Shown: piece by piece, positions 22,945 through 36,514 of the stretch
How positions within the stretch are numbered: the first letter of the stretch is position 1
Layout of the letters: each line of letters opens with the position of its first letter
NCBI RefSeq assembly: GCF_963921235.1
Contig: NC_086097.1
Location: 2,232,001 to 2,296,000 of the forward strand
Origin: Mobula hypostoma
Lineage: Eukaryota
DNA length: 64,000 nucleotides
Direction: 5' to 3'
Made by a program: the position numbers and the translations under genes
The notes under the pieces: generated by a model
Seen by the model: only the letters and a program-made list of their open reading frames with translations
What the model was told of the DNA's origin: nothing
Databases searched by the model: none

Positions 22945-25900
22945 CAGAGAGACAGAGGGGTGTAAAGTGAGGGTAGAAGCAAAAAGTACTAAGGAGAAGA
23001 GTAAAAGTGGCAGGCCGACAAATCCAGGGCAAGCATTAAAAAGGGCCACTTTTCAACATAATTGTATAAGGGCTAAGAGAGTTGTAAAAGAGCGCCTGAA
23101 GGCTTTGTGTGTCAATGCAAGGAGCATTCGTAATAAGGTGGATGAATCGAAAGTGCAGATTGTTATTAATGATTATGATATAGTTGGGATCACAGCTCCA
23201 GGGTGACCAAGGATGGGAGCTCAACGTTCAGGGATATTCAATATTCAGGAAGGATAGACATGAAGGAAGGGGAGGTGGGGTGGCGTTGCTGGTTAAAGAA
23301 GAGATTAACGCAATAGAAAGGAAGGACATAAGCCGGGAAGATGTGGCATCGATATGGGTAGAGCTGTGTAACACTAAGGGGCAGAAGACGCTGGTGGGAG
23401 TTGTGTACAGGCCACTAACAGTAGTAGTGAGGTCGGAGATGGTATTAAACAGGAAATTAGAAATGTGTGCAATAAAGGAACAGCAGTTATAATGGGTGAC
23501 TTCAATCTACATGTAGATTGGGTGAACCAAATTGGTAAAGGTGCTGAGGAAGAGGATTTCTTGGAATGTATGCGGGATGGTTTTTTGAACCAACATGTCG
23601 AGGATCCAACTAGAGAGCAGGCTATTCTGGACTGGGTTTTGAGCAATGAGGAAGGGTTAATTAGCAATCTTGTCGTGAGAGGCCCCTTGGGTAAGAGTGA
23701 CCATAATATGGTGGAATTCTTCATTAAGATGGAGAGTGACATAGTTAATTCAGAAACAAAGGTTCTGAACTTAAAGAGGGGTAACTTGGAAGGTATGAGA
23801 CGTGAATTAGCTAAGATAGACTGGCAAATGACACTTAAAGGATTGATGGTGGATATGCAATGGCAAGCATTTAAAGGTTGCATGGATGAACTACAACAAT
23901 TGTTCATCCCAGTTTGTATAGCTCCTCAGAAGGAGCCATAACATATTTCTTATCAATTTCTTTAATCTTGTCCACAATTGCCATCTCCTCCTGCTTCTGT
24001 TTCTTCCTCAAAGCAACGGAATACGAAATAATCTGACCCCGAATATAGGCTTTAAAAGTGTCCCAAAGAGTGTTAACCGAAATATCTTCTGTATGGTTAA
24101 TTGTAAAAAAAAGCTCAATCTGTTCATTCATAAAATTAACAAAGTCCGAGTCCTGAAGCAACAGCGAATTAAAACGCCATTGTCTATTGTTTGGTATATT
24201 GGCCATAATTTTAATAGAAAGCTTAAGTGGAGCATGATCCGAAATGGTTATAGAATCATAATCACATTTAATCACTGAAGGAATGAGACGAGAATCAATG
24301 AAAAAATAATCAATTCTTGAATAGGAATGATGAACATGTGAAAAAAGGAAAAATCTTTTTCCTAGAGGATGCAGAAAACGCCAAATGTCCGTCGACCCAG
24401 AATCAGAAAGGAAAAAATTAATCAAATTTGCAGATTTATTAGGTAAAGTCCGTAAAGGAGCCGAACGGTCCAAAGCTGGAAATAAACAGGTATTAAGATC
24501 TCCGCCCCAAATCAATGAAAACTCGTTCAAATTCAGAACTCTGCTGAAATTCAGAGTTCAGCAGAGGAGGACAAAGGGCTTAATTAGGAAGGGGAAAAAA
24601 GATTATGAGAGAAAACTGGCAGGGAACATAAAAACTGACTGTAAAAGCTTTTATAGATATGTAAAAAGGAAAAGACTGGTAAAGACAAATGTAGGTCCCC
24701 TACAGACAGAAACAGGTGAATTGATTATGGGGAGCAAGGACATGGCAGACCAATTGAATAATTACTTTGGTTCTGTCTTCACTAAGGAGGACATAAATAA
24801 TCTTCCAGAAATAGTAGGGGACAGAGGGTCCAGTGAGATGGAGGAACTGAGCGAAATACTTGTTAGTAGGGAAGTGGTGTTAGGTAAATTGAAGGGATTG
24901 AAGGCAGATAAATCCCCAGGGCCAGATGGTCTGCATCCCAGAGTGCTTAAGGAAGTAGCCCAAGAAATAGCAGATGCATTAGTGATAATTTTTCAAAACT
25001 CGTTAGATTCTGGACTAGTTCCTGAGGATTGGAGGGTGGCTAATGTAACCCCACTTTTTAAAAAAGGAGGGAGAGAGAAACCGGGGAATTATAGACCGGT
25101 TAGCCTAACGTCGGTGGTGGGGAAACTGCTGGAGTCAGTTATCAAGATGTGATAACATCACCTTTGGAAAGCGGTGAAATCATCGGACAAAGTCAGCATG
25201 GATTTGTGAAAGGAAAATCATGTCTGACGAATCTCATAGAATTTTTTGAGGATGTAACCAGTAGAGTGGATAGGGGAGAACCAGTGGATGTGGTATATTT
25301 GGATTTTCAAAAGGCTTTTGACAAGGTCCCACACAGGAGATTAGTGTGCAAACTTAAAGCACACGGTATTGGGGGTAAGGTATTGGTGTGGATGGAGTAT
25401 TGGTTAGCAGACAGGAAACAAAGAGTGGGAATAAACGGGACCTTTTCAGAATGGCAGGCGGTGACTAGTGGGGTACCGCAAGGCTCAGTGCTGGGACCCC
25501 AGTTGTTTACAATATATATTAATGACTTGGATGAGGGAATTAAATGCAGCATCTCCAAGTTTGCGGATGACACGAAGCTGGGTGGCAGTGTTAGCTGTGA
25601 GGAGGATGCTAAGAGGATGCAGAGTGACTTGGATAGGTTGGGTGAGTGGGAAAATTCATGGCAGATGCAATTTAATGTGGATAAATGTGAGGTTATCCAC
25701 TTTGGTGGCAAAAATAGGAAAACAGATTATTATCTGAATGGTGGCCGATTAGGAAAAGGGGAGGTGCAACGAGACCTGGGTGTCATTATACACCAGTCAT
25801 TGAAAGTGGGCATGCAGGTACAGCAGGCGGTGAAAAAGGCGAATGGTATGCTGGCATTTATAGCGAGACGATTCGAGTACAGGAGCAGGGAGGTATACTG

Positions 25901-26487
25901 CAGTTGTACAAGGCCTTGGTGAGACCACACCTGGAGTATTGTGTGCAGTTTTGGTCCCCTAATCTGAGGAAAGACATCCTTGCCATAGAGGGAGTACAAA
26001 GAAGGTTCACCAGATTGATTCCTGGGATGGCAGGACTTTCATATGAAGAAAGACTGGATGAACTGGGCTTGTACTCATTGGAATTTAGAAGATTGATGGG
26101 GGATCTGATTGAAACGTATAAAATCCTAAAGGGATTGGACAGGCTAGATGCAGGAAGATTGTTCCCGATGTTGGGGAAGTCCAGAACAAGGGGTCACAGT
26201 TTGAGGATAAAGGGGAAGCCTTTTAGGACTGAGATTAGGAAAAACTTCTTCACACACAGAGTGGTGAATCTGTGGAATTCTCTGCCACAGGAAACAGTTG
26301 AGGCCAGTTCATTGGCTATATTTAAGAGGGAGTTAGATATGGCCCTTGTGGCTACGGGGATCGGGGGTATGGAGGGAAGGCTGGGGCGGGGTTCTGAGTT
26401 GGATGATCAGCCATGATCATAATAAATGGCGGTGCAGGCTCGAAGGGCCAAATGGCCTACTCCTGCACCTATTTTCTATGTTTTCTA
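22945..26487 (+). mobile_element. CR1 LINE, nearly complete ORF2 (EN+RT) with frameshifts and an internal L1 patch
   Basis: LCVNARSIRNK, GGGVALLVK, MGDFNL, LGKSDH and a full RT motif set; TTCTATGT tail. Confidence 0.95.
23915..24536 (-). mobile_element. Internal fragment of an L1-clade ORF2 (endonuclease C-half and linker)
   Basis: ORF 23904..24530: WGGDLN..LDRS, DIWRFLHP, FSHVHHSYSRIDYFF, ISDHAP, WRFNSLLLQD and LWDTFKAYIRGQIISY. Confidence 0.92.
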
Positions 26488-27444
26488 TCTATCCATACTA
26501 TACCAAAGTTACACTCAAGATTTGAGTTGAAATTTAAATGCCCAATAATTCCCAAATCTTTTGAGCATTTTATTCCATTAGTCTGGGAAAAAGTCCAAGT
26601 CAGCAGGGTGAAAGGGGAATGCTCTAACTGAATGTCTTTCTCCCTCAGGGAAAGTGAGTCAGAATTCCAGATGAATTCACACATCTGTTGCATGAACTAT
26701 CACAAAACACCATTCACAAGCACTCCAGGCAACGCTCCACCGCAGTGCTTGTTCGAATGGTGCATTTCTTGCTTTCCATTCCATGTAGTATTCCAGTTTC
26801 CCACCCCCCCCCCGCAAGTCAGCCTTGGACACAAATAAATCCATTAGATTGCCAATCTGTTCTGTTCTTTCTGAAGGCACCAGTGACTCACACATGCAAA
26901 CTCTGCTCGCACTGAGCCTTTATCATGTTAGTTAAAGTGGATGAGCCCAAATTTAAATCTGAATCAGAATCTTACTTCATACTTTATACTTTATTGTCGC
27001 CAAACAATTGATACTAGAACGTACAATCATCACAGCGATATTTGATTCTGTGCTTCCCGCTCCCTGGATTACAAATATTAAATATTAAAAATAGTAAAAA
27101 TTAGTAAACAGTAAAAATTTAAATTATAAATCATAAATAGAAAATAGAAAAATGGAAAGTAAGGTAGCGCAAAAAAACCGAGAGGCAGGTCCGGATAGTT
27201 GGAGGGTATGGCCCAAATCCGGGTCAGAATCTGGTTCAATATCACTGGCATATATCATGAAATTTGTTGTTTTGTGGCAGCGGTACATTGCAAATGCATA
27301 ATAAAAATTATAAATTACAGGAAGTATATATTAAAAAATAAATAGGTAGTACAAAAAAAGAGAGGAGCAAAGATAGTGAAGTGTCCGTTGTCCATTCAAA
27401 AATCTGATGGCAAAGAGGAAGAACCTGCTTCTGAAACATTGAGT

Positions 27445-28680
27445 GGGGAGGATGGGGCAGCCGTGGCTGACGAGGGAAGTCATAGACAGAATAGAAGCAA
27501 AAGAAAGGCCACATAATATAGCAAAAATCACTGCGGAGGTAGAGGATTGGGAAGCTTATAAACACCAACAGAAGACAACTAAAAAGCCATAAAGAGAGAA
27601 AAGAGCTGTTTCCGTGCTGTAATTGTTATATGGTTATAAAGGAAAGCTGACCAATAACATAAAAGAGGATATAATAAGTTTCTTCAGATATATAATGAGT
27701 AAAAGAGAGACGAGAATGGATATGGGACCATTGGAAAATGCCTTTGGAGAGGTAGCAATGGGGGACATAGAAATGGTGGGCAAACTGATTTGCAGCAATC
27801 TCCATTGTGGAAGACACCAGCAGAAAATCCAGAAATGCGAGAGTTTCAGGGGGCAGAAGTGAGTGGCATTGCTATTACTTAGGAGAAGGTGTTTGGGAAG
27901 TTGCAAGTCTGAAGGTAGATAGGTTACTTGCAAATATCACTCCACTCTTTAAGGAAGGGAGGCAGAAGAAAGGAAATTACAGGATTGATTAAGTAATTCA
28001 AGGTTCAACTTATTATCGAAGAATGTATGCAGAATACAGCTCTGAGTTTTGTCTTCTCCAGATTGTCATAAAGTACAGAAAACCATAGAAGTAGTAGAAA
28101 GAAAGAGATTAATCCCCCCAACACACAAAAGAAAAAGAAACAAAAACTCCCCAACCCCTCCCTCCCTCACACAAAAACTAACAGATCATCCACATGAAGA
28201 AACAGCAAGAACATCAAACCCCAAACCCCAGTCTGCCAAACAGCAATAAGAGAAATTGGGCGAGGACATGAAAAAACATAAAACTGAGAGGTCAATAACA
28301 ACATCTTCAAGAGCATCAGGACCCAGCTGTCCCTCTGTATCGAACCAGCAATACAATCATAGCAATAGTTTCGAAAGCAGCCTAGATAGAGTGGATGTTT
28401 CCTACAGCAAGAGAGCCAAGGACCAGTGGGCACAGCCTCAGAATTTACAGTCGTCCATTTAAAACAGAGATGAGGAACAATTTCTTTGACCACAAGGAAG
28501 CGAAGCCAAACCACTGGGTATACTTAAGCTGGAGGTTGATGGGTTTTTGGTTACTGTATTCAGGATTACAGAGAGAAGGCAGGAGAATGGAGTTGAGAGA
28601 GATAATCAATCAGTCATGATGAAATGGTGGATCAGACTCATGGGCTGAATGGCCTATTCTGCTCCGATATCTTATGATCA
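27445..28680 (+). mobile_element. Heavily decayed CR1 with internal insertions
   Basis: QPWLTREV, ANITPLFKEG and RTSGHSLRI..FKTEMRNNFF; CR1-like 3' end GGGCTGAATGGCCTATTCTGCTCC. Confidence 0.75.
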
Positions 28681-29499
28681 ATTTACAATGACTAATTTAC
28701 CTACTGACCAGTACATTTTTGGACTGTGGGAGGTACTGGAGCACCTACAGGAAACCCACACGGTCATGAGGAGAACATACAAACTCCTTGCACAGAACAC
28801 CAGAATTGAACTCTAAACTCCAGTACGCCAAGCTGTAACAGCATCATCCCAATCGCTACACTACGGTAGCGCCCCTTTCGAATCGTCAGAATGCAACATC
28901 TGCTTCAATAATAAGCAATTTAAAACTTTCATAAGTTGAAGACTATTGGATCCATGGATGAATAAAATTTGTTACCATTTCTTAGTTGACTACCTAATCA
29001 CCTTCACTTGCTGGAAACCGATATAACTGTTCAGAATGATGCAGAGCAAAAACAATCTCTAGTAAAGGGGTCATCTGCTTCAGATGGAGAAGAAGTTTAT
29101 TCCCTGAGAGCCATAAGTCATTGTAATTGCACCAGAGGGAGCAATGAATCCTGATTCATCAAAATATTGAAGATGGGAGACACAATGATTTTTAGACTAC
29201 AGGAGAGTCAAGGTTGCAGGGAACAGAATGGAAAATAAAGTCATGGTTAACAATCGGATCAGTAAGAGCTTAATAAATTTAGCAGTCCTTTATCACGCAG
29301 TTCTACTACCAGAGTGCCAAAAACCAAGGATGATGCTAATGAAAACAATGATTGAAAATTATGGAAAACATCAAATACGTTTTAGCAAAACTATTCTCGT
29401 TTTAGCCTGCTACAACTGAGAACCACAACTGCAGCTACGATGTTTACAGTCAGTAACTAAGTTCTAATGCAATGGAACAATCTATCACTGCACAAAACT

Positions 29500-32240
29500 G
29501 ATGGAAATAGACTGGACTGCGGCTGGCACACAGCTCCTTTTAGAAGCTGCCAGCGAAAAAGGGGTTGAAGTGCCGGTCTGATGGTGCATTAAAAAAAAAA
29601 CAAGGTGTTTACTTCCAATACCAACTTGCTGGCAACCATACAGTCTCTGGTAAATAACATTCACAATCTCAGAGCAAGAGCCCTGTATCAGAAGGACGTT
29701 AGGTATGTGTACGTCCTTTGTTTTATGGAATCTTGGTTAACTCTTTCCATGCCAGACACAGCAATTCAAATAATGGGTTCACAATTCACCGTCAAGATAG
29801 GTCAGTCAAGTCTCTAAAAAGCAGAGGTGGAGGTGTATGCCTCATGATCAACTCCTTGCGGTGTACTATTGTGTTGGTGATGTCCCAATATTGCTTACCA
29901 GACCTGGAATACTTCAGAATTAAGTGCCGGCCATTCTACCAGCAATCTTTTTGGAAGCGGCGTACGTTCCAGGATAATATCAAACTGAGCAATGTAATCA
30001 ACAGGCATGAGACAACACATTCTGACAGCTTCCCCATAGATTTGGGGATTTTAACCAGGCCAGCCTGATAAAGTCACTAAATAATTATTGCCAAGAAATC
30101 ACCTGCAGTACCAGAGGAAATAACACACTGAACCACTGTTACACTAAGTTCAAGAGTGCCTACCGTGTTATCCCACACCTACACTTTGGAAAGTCTGATC
30201 ACCTGTCTGATCTCCTGAGGATAGGCAGAGACTGAAGACTGCAGCACCAGTAGTGAGGACCAAGAAGGTATGGACAAGGGAAGCACAGGAGCGTCTGCAG
30301 GTCTGCTTTGAATCGGTGGACTGGACTGCATGCAGTGATTCATCTTCAAGCCTGGATGACTACGCCACAGTTGTTACCGACTTCATTAAAACCTGTGTGG
30401 ATGAGTGTGTGCCTACCAAAACTTGCTTTACATTCCCAAACCAAAAGCCGTAGATGAACCAGGAGGTTCGTAGTCTGCTGAGAGCTAGATCTCTGGCATT
30501 TAAGTCTAGTGATCCAGGTTTACGCAAGAAAATCAGGTATGATTTGCTGACGGGTATTTCAAGAATGAAGAAACAGTTGCAGAGAAGGTTGGGGGCAACA
30601 TCAGATGCACGTCAACTCTGGCTGGGTTTGCAGGCCAGCACCTCCTACAAAGCAGAACTCAGCATCATGAATGGCAGTGATGCTTCACTACCAGACCAGC
30701 TCAACGTCTTCTATGCTTGCTTTGAAAGGGAGAATGAAGCTACAGCTGTGAGAATCCCTGCAGCATCTGACGACCCTGTGATCTCTGTCTTGGAGGCTGA
30801 CATCAGGCTGTTTTTCAAGAAGGTGAACCCTTGCAAGACAGCAGGCCCGATGGAGTATCTGGTACAGCCCTGAAATACAGTGTTACAGTCAGAAGTTCCC
30901 ACCTACTTCAAAAGGGCCACAATTATACCAGTGCCGAAGAAGAGCAGCCTTAATGACTATCGCCCAGTAGCACTCACATCTACGGTGATGAAATGCTTCG
31001 AGAGGTTGGTTATGACCAGACTGAACTCCTGCCTCAGCAAGGACCTGGACTCACTGCAACTTGCCTACTGCCACAATAGGTCTACAGCATACCAATGTCA
31101 GGATGCTGTTCACTGACTACATCTCAACATTTAACACCATTACTCTAAAGACCCTGACTGAAAAGCTACAGAACCAACACCTCTGTACCTCCCTCTGCAA
31201 CTCTATCCTCAACTTCCTAACAGGAAGACCGCAATCCACGTGGGTTGCAAATAACATCTCCACCTTGCTGACAATTAACACTGGAGCTCCACAGGGGTGT
31301 GTGCTTAGCCCAGTGCTCTACTCTCTCTACAAATCTGACTGTGTGGCTAGGCATAGCTCAAACAGCACCTATAAACTTGCTAATGACACAACCATTGTTG
31401 GCAGATTTCAGATGGTGACAAAAGAGCATACAGGAGCGAGATATACCAGCCAGTTGAGTGGTGTCACAGCAACAACCTGGCACTCAAGGTCAGTAAGATG
31501 GAAGAGCTGATTGTGGACCTCAGGAAGGGTAAGATGAGGGAACACATACCAATCCTCATAGAGGGATCAGAAGTGGAGAGAGTGAGCAGTTTCAAGTTCC
31601 TGGGTGTCATTATCTCAGAGGACTTAACCGGGACGCAACATATTAATGCAGCCACAAAGAAGGCAAGGCAGTGGCATTAGGAGTTCGAAGAGATTTGCCT
31701 TGTCACCTAAAACACTGGAAAACTTCCACAAATGTACCGCAGAGAGCATTCTGATAGGCTGCATCGCTGTCTGGTAGGGGAGGCTAAGGTATAAGATCAA
31801 AATAAGTTGCAGAAACTTGTAAAATTATCCAGCTCCATCATCGGTGCCAGCTTCTGTAATATCCAAGACATTTTCAAGGAGCGGTACCCAAGGAAAGCGA
31901 TGTCTATCATTAAGGATCCCCCACCACCCAGGGCATGCCCCCTTCACACTGCTACCATCGGTAAGGAGGTACACACTCAGCGATTCAGGAACAGCTTCTT
32001 CCCCTCTGCCATCCGATTCCTAAATGTACATTGAACCCCCGAACACTATCTCAATACTTCTTTTATTTCTGTTATTTTGTATTACCTATTTTAACTTAAC
32101 TATTTAATAGACATATATATATATATATATATATATATGCTTATATATCTCTCTACTTATCATGTATTTCATTGTACTGCTGCTGTAACGTTAACAAATT
32201 TCATGACATATACCCGTGATGTTAAGCCTGATTCTGACTT
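29500..32240 (+). mobile_element. Near full-length decayed Rex1/Babar-like LINE (EN+RT)
   Basis: [72 protein letters not shown] and QRFRNSFFPSAIRFLN; GATTCT tail. Confidence 0.92.
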
Positions 32241-32689
32241 TGAGATGTCACACCCTCCAGTTTCAAATACTGAGTGACCAGTCGCTCTGTTAATAATAAT
32301 AACAGCTGAGTTCATAGAGCGTTTTCTATACACTGTAGTTCAAAGTGCTTTACAATGGGATAAAATGCAAACGTGAAAATAAAAGGCAAAAAGATGTTAG
32401 TTAAAAGAAAGGTTAAAGAACCAGGTTTTGAGCTAGTGATCAAAGGTGTCACCCAAGTCTGCATCCCTTATAGTCTTAGATATTGAGCTCCACGGTTAGG
32501 AGTGTAGATCAGAAAAGATGACCTGGCAATTATCTTTTGCGGGAGATTTGATTAAATTTAAGAGACTGGAGAGCTCAGGCAGGATTGTAAAACAATAATG
32601 ATTCTGTGATGTACTCCAGTTCCAGACCATTGAGAGCTTTAAAAACAAGAAAGAAAAATAAATTGGTTGTAGGGGAAATTGGTGAGGTT

Positions 32690-33095
32690 GCACCCAGATT
32701 ATTGTGTACAGTTTTCACTATCGTTACAGGAAAGATGTCCTTAAGCTAGAAAGAATGTAATGCTGATTTTCAAGAATGGTACCAGAAAATCTGATAATAG
32801 GGACAGCCTAGGCAGGCTTGGACTTTATTCCTTGGAGAGTAGAGGACACAGGGGTGACTTCATAGAAGTGTATAAAATCAAGAGGACCAAAATTAGGGTG
32901 AATACATACAGTCTTTTTATCATGGAAAGAAAATCAAAAAATAGAGGGCATAGGTTGAAGTGAGAGGGGAAAGATTTGAAGGGGACCCAAGCAGCAACAT
33001 CTTCACAGACATGATGGAGCAGATATGGACTGTGTAGCCAGTGGAAGTGTTTGAGGCAAGTACAATATCAATATTTAGACAGATATATGGATTAG
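32690..33095 (+). mobile_element. Decayed CR1 3' fragment
   Basis: LGRLGLYSLESRGHRGDFIEVYKI..RGHRLK. Confidence 0.8.
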
Positions 33096-33670
33096 ATGAA
33101 AGATTAGGATTAGGGTTAGGGTTGTCACACGTACATCAAAATATGCAGTGAAATGCATCATTTGTATCAATGCAGTTTACAAGCGTCACCACACTTCCAG
33201 TGCCAACCAAACATGCCTCCAGCCCACCAACCACAACTACATGTACAGCATTTGGAATGTGGGAGGAAACCCAAGCAGTCACTGGGAGAATGGTCACAGG
33301 ATTCCACCCGTCTCTTAGAACCCCCACCATCAGGCAGGAGGTTCTGTAGCACTAGGATAGGGACTGTCAGGAAGGAAACAACTTCTTTCCCTGCCACCAC
33401 CCAGGCCAAATCACACATGAAGCGCCAGTACCGTTACACCGTTTACATTTTAACATGTGTTGTAAATGGACCTTATGCTGAATGTCAATCTTCAGGAATA
33501 TTTTTTATTAATGGTCAGTTTAATTGTAGTGATATTACTTTATGGTTGTGTGTTAGTACGTGTCTGGTGCTGTGCACCTTGGTCTGAGAACACACACACA
33601 CACACACACGCACGGACCTACACACATATATACACACACACAAACCCACACAGACCTACATACACACACA

Positions 33671-35163
33671 CGTATAAAAATTATTCACCCCCTCCAGTCC
33701 ACCCTGGAAGTTTTCATGTCTTATTGTTTTACAACATTGAATCATAGTAGATTTAATTTGGCTTTTTTGACACTGAAAAAGATTCTTTCGTGTCAAAGTA
33801 AAAACAGATCTCTACAAAGTGATCCAAATTAATTACAAATATAAAACACAAAATAATTGATTGGATAGGTATTCACCCCCTTCAAGTCAGTATTTACTAG
33901 ATGCACCTTTGGCCTTGAATCTGTGTGGAAAGGTCTCTATCAGCTTTGCACGTCTGGACACTGCAATTTTCCCCCATTCTTCTTTACAAAATTGCTCAAG
34001 TTCTGTTAGATTGCATGGGGATCGTGAGTGAACAGCTCTTTTCAAGTCCAGCCACAAATTCTCAATTGGATTGAGGTCAGGACTCTGATATGACACTCCA
34101 GAACATTAACTAAGTTGTTTTTAAGCCATTTCTGTGTAGCTTTGGCTTTATGCCTGAGGTCATTGTCTTACTACAAAACAAATCTTCTCCCAAGTCGCAG
34201 TTCTCTTGCAAACTGCATCAGGTTTTCCTCCAGGATTCCCCTGTATTTTGCTGCATTCATTTTATCTTCTACCTTCACAAGCCTTGCAGATCCTGCTGCA
34301 GTAAAGCATCCCCACAGCATAATGCAGCCATCAATATGCTTCACAGTAGGGATGGGGTGCTTTTGATGATGTGTGGTGTTTGCCTTACACCAAACACAGC
34401 ATTTAGTCTGATGGCCAAAAAGCTCAATTTTGGTTTCATCACACTATAGAACCTTCTTCCAGCTGACTTCAGAAGTCTCCCACATGCCTTCTGGCAAACT
34501 CTAGTCAAGATTTCATGTGAGTTTTTTTTTTGAACAGTGGCTTTCTCTTTTCCACTCTCTGATAAAGCTGCGACTGGTGAAGCACCCGGGCAACAGTTGT
34601 TAAATGCACGGTCTCTTCCATTTTAGCCATTGAAGCTTGTAACTCCTGCAGAGTTGTCATAGAGCTCTTGGTGGCCTCCCTCACTAGCTCCCTTCTTGCA
34701 CGGTCACTCAGTTTTTCAGAATGGCCTGCTCTAAGCAGATTTACAGCTGTGCCATATTCTTTCCAGTTCTTGATTGACTTAACAGTACTCCAAGGGAAAT
34801 TCAGTAATGGAAATTTTCTTGTATCCATCTCCTGACTTGTGCTTTTCAATAACCTTTTTGCAAGTTGCTTTTAGCTTCCTGGTGTAATTTTTGTCAGGAT
34901 AATGACTCACCAGCAGTTGGACCTTCCAGATACAGGTGTATTTTTACTACAGTCAATTGAAACACCTTAACTGCACACAGGTCTCCAAAAACAGATCTCC
35001 ATTTAACTAATTATGTGACTTCTAAAACCAATTGGCTGGACCAGTGATGATTTGGTGTGTCATATTAAAGGGGCTGGATACTTATGCAATTATTTTGTGT
35101 TTTATATTTGTAATTAGATCACTTTGCACAGATCTGTTTTCACTTTTACACAAGTCTTTCTGT
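33671..35163 (-). mobile_element. Tc1-like DNA transposon relic (defective transposase)
   Basis: Minus ORFs: QSPDLNPIENLWLDLKRAVH..NLTELEQFCKEEW and PWSTVKSIK..KLSDRARRELVREATK..TLQELQ. Inverted repeats at about 33770-33880 and 35060-35160. Flanked by CA/TA microsatellite on both sides. Confidence 0.92.
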
Positions 35164-35631
35164 ATACACACACATATACATATACAGATACATATAAATG
35201 CACACACATATTATATACACACAAACACATTATTAAATTAAATCAGCAATGCAAAAAGAGAGCAGAAAAAGAAAATAAAGATGAGGAAGTCTATATGGAG
35301 TCCAACCCCAAACTTCCATTTGCTAGCACGGTAAAGTGAATGTGACTGTGCTAACCATTAATTATTTCAGTAAGTTCAAGATGAATAGGAAAGATTGAGA
35401 GGGGTTGGGGTGGGTTCATGTTCTGCGTGTTATTTGTTTATTTGGTCATTGTTCTCATGATTTGTTCTTCCCCCCCCCCCGCCACCCCCCCCCCCACATA
35501 TTGGGTGTTTGATGGTCTTTGTTGTGTAGGTTTTTTAAATGGGCTCCATTATGTTTCTTTGTTTTATGCCTGTCTGCAAGATGACAAATCTCAAAATTGT
35601 ATGCAGTATACAATAAATTTATTATCAAAGG

Positions 35632-35760
35632 ATCCTGCTGAAGGGTCTCGGTCCAAAACATCGACTGTACTCTTTTCACAGAAGCTGCCTGGCCTGCTGA
35701 GATCCTCCAGCATTTTGTGTGTGTTGCTTGGATTTCCAACATCTGCAGATTTTCTTTTGT
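35632..35760 (+). mobile_element. Penelope-like short repeat, mutated hammerhead core
   Basis: CCTGCTGAAGGGTCTCGGTCCAAAACATCGACTG...GCTGCCTGGCCTGCTGAG. Further decayed copies at about 35950-36030, 40866-40950, 41335-41435 and 61885-62075. Confidence 0.7.
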
Positions 35761-36287
35761 TTATAAAGGTCATTTGGGCAATTTGGTACGGTAAGCGTAA
35801 TAAGGTTTTCTACAAGAGGACAAAACAGTACTGATTCAAGACTGACACAGGAAACTAGTTCTTTGCTCAAAAGGATGCAACTTCTCTGCTAGATTCTCAT
35901 TTCTTGCCAGCTCTTGCCTCATCCTTTCCTCTGTCCCCTTTATGCCTTGAATCCTGAGGCAGAGTTTTGACCCGAAAATATTGACTACTCCTTTACCTCT
36001 GTAGATGTACACTGACCTGCTGAATTCCCCAGAGACAGAGTGAATGTAAAATCATTATGAATATTCTAAGTCCAAAGTATATTTTTAATCAGAGTATGTG
36101 TACCACAGAAAAGCTTGATATTCATCTTTTTGCAGGCACCCACAAAACAAAGGAGCATAACAGAAACCACGAAAAACCAAAGCCCAACAAACATCCAATG
36201 TGCAAAAGAGGACAAATCGTGCAAAAATGCGTACAGTATATTGCAAGCACCACCAAGGCAAAGACTGATCGATTGCTGAACTTTGAG

Positions 36288-36463
36288 GGAGTTGAAATTA
36301 TGAGGACCAAGCTGGACAACAGAGTTGAGATTATGGAGACCGGGCTGGACAATAGAGTTGAGATTATGGAGACCGGGCTGGACAATAGAGTTGAGATTAT
36401 GGAGACCGGACTGGACAATAGAGTTGAGATTATGGAGACCGGGCTGGACAATAGAGTTGAGAC
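36288..36463. repeat. 33-bp minisatellite, about 5 copies
   Basis: AGAGTTGAGATTATGGAGACCGGGCTGGACAAT repeated. Confidence 0.95.
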
Positions 36464-36514
36464 CAACAATTAGATACATCCTGATCCTATTGAAGGGTGG
36501 TACAGATTTTTTTA

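Noticed and set aside
24385..25152. 255-aa ORF as a novel fusion protein
   Set aside because: The N-terminal part is antisense L1 read-through into a frameshifted CR1 ORF2.
33107..33124. Interstitial telomeric repeat
   Set aside because: Only about two TTAGGG units, too short to be meaningful.
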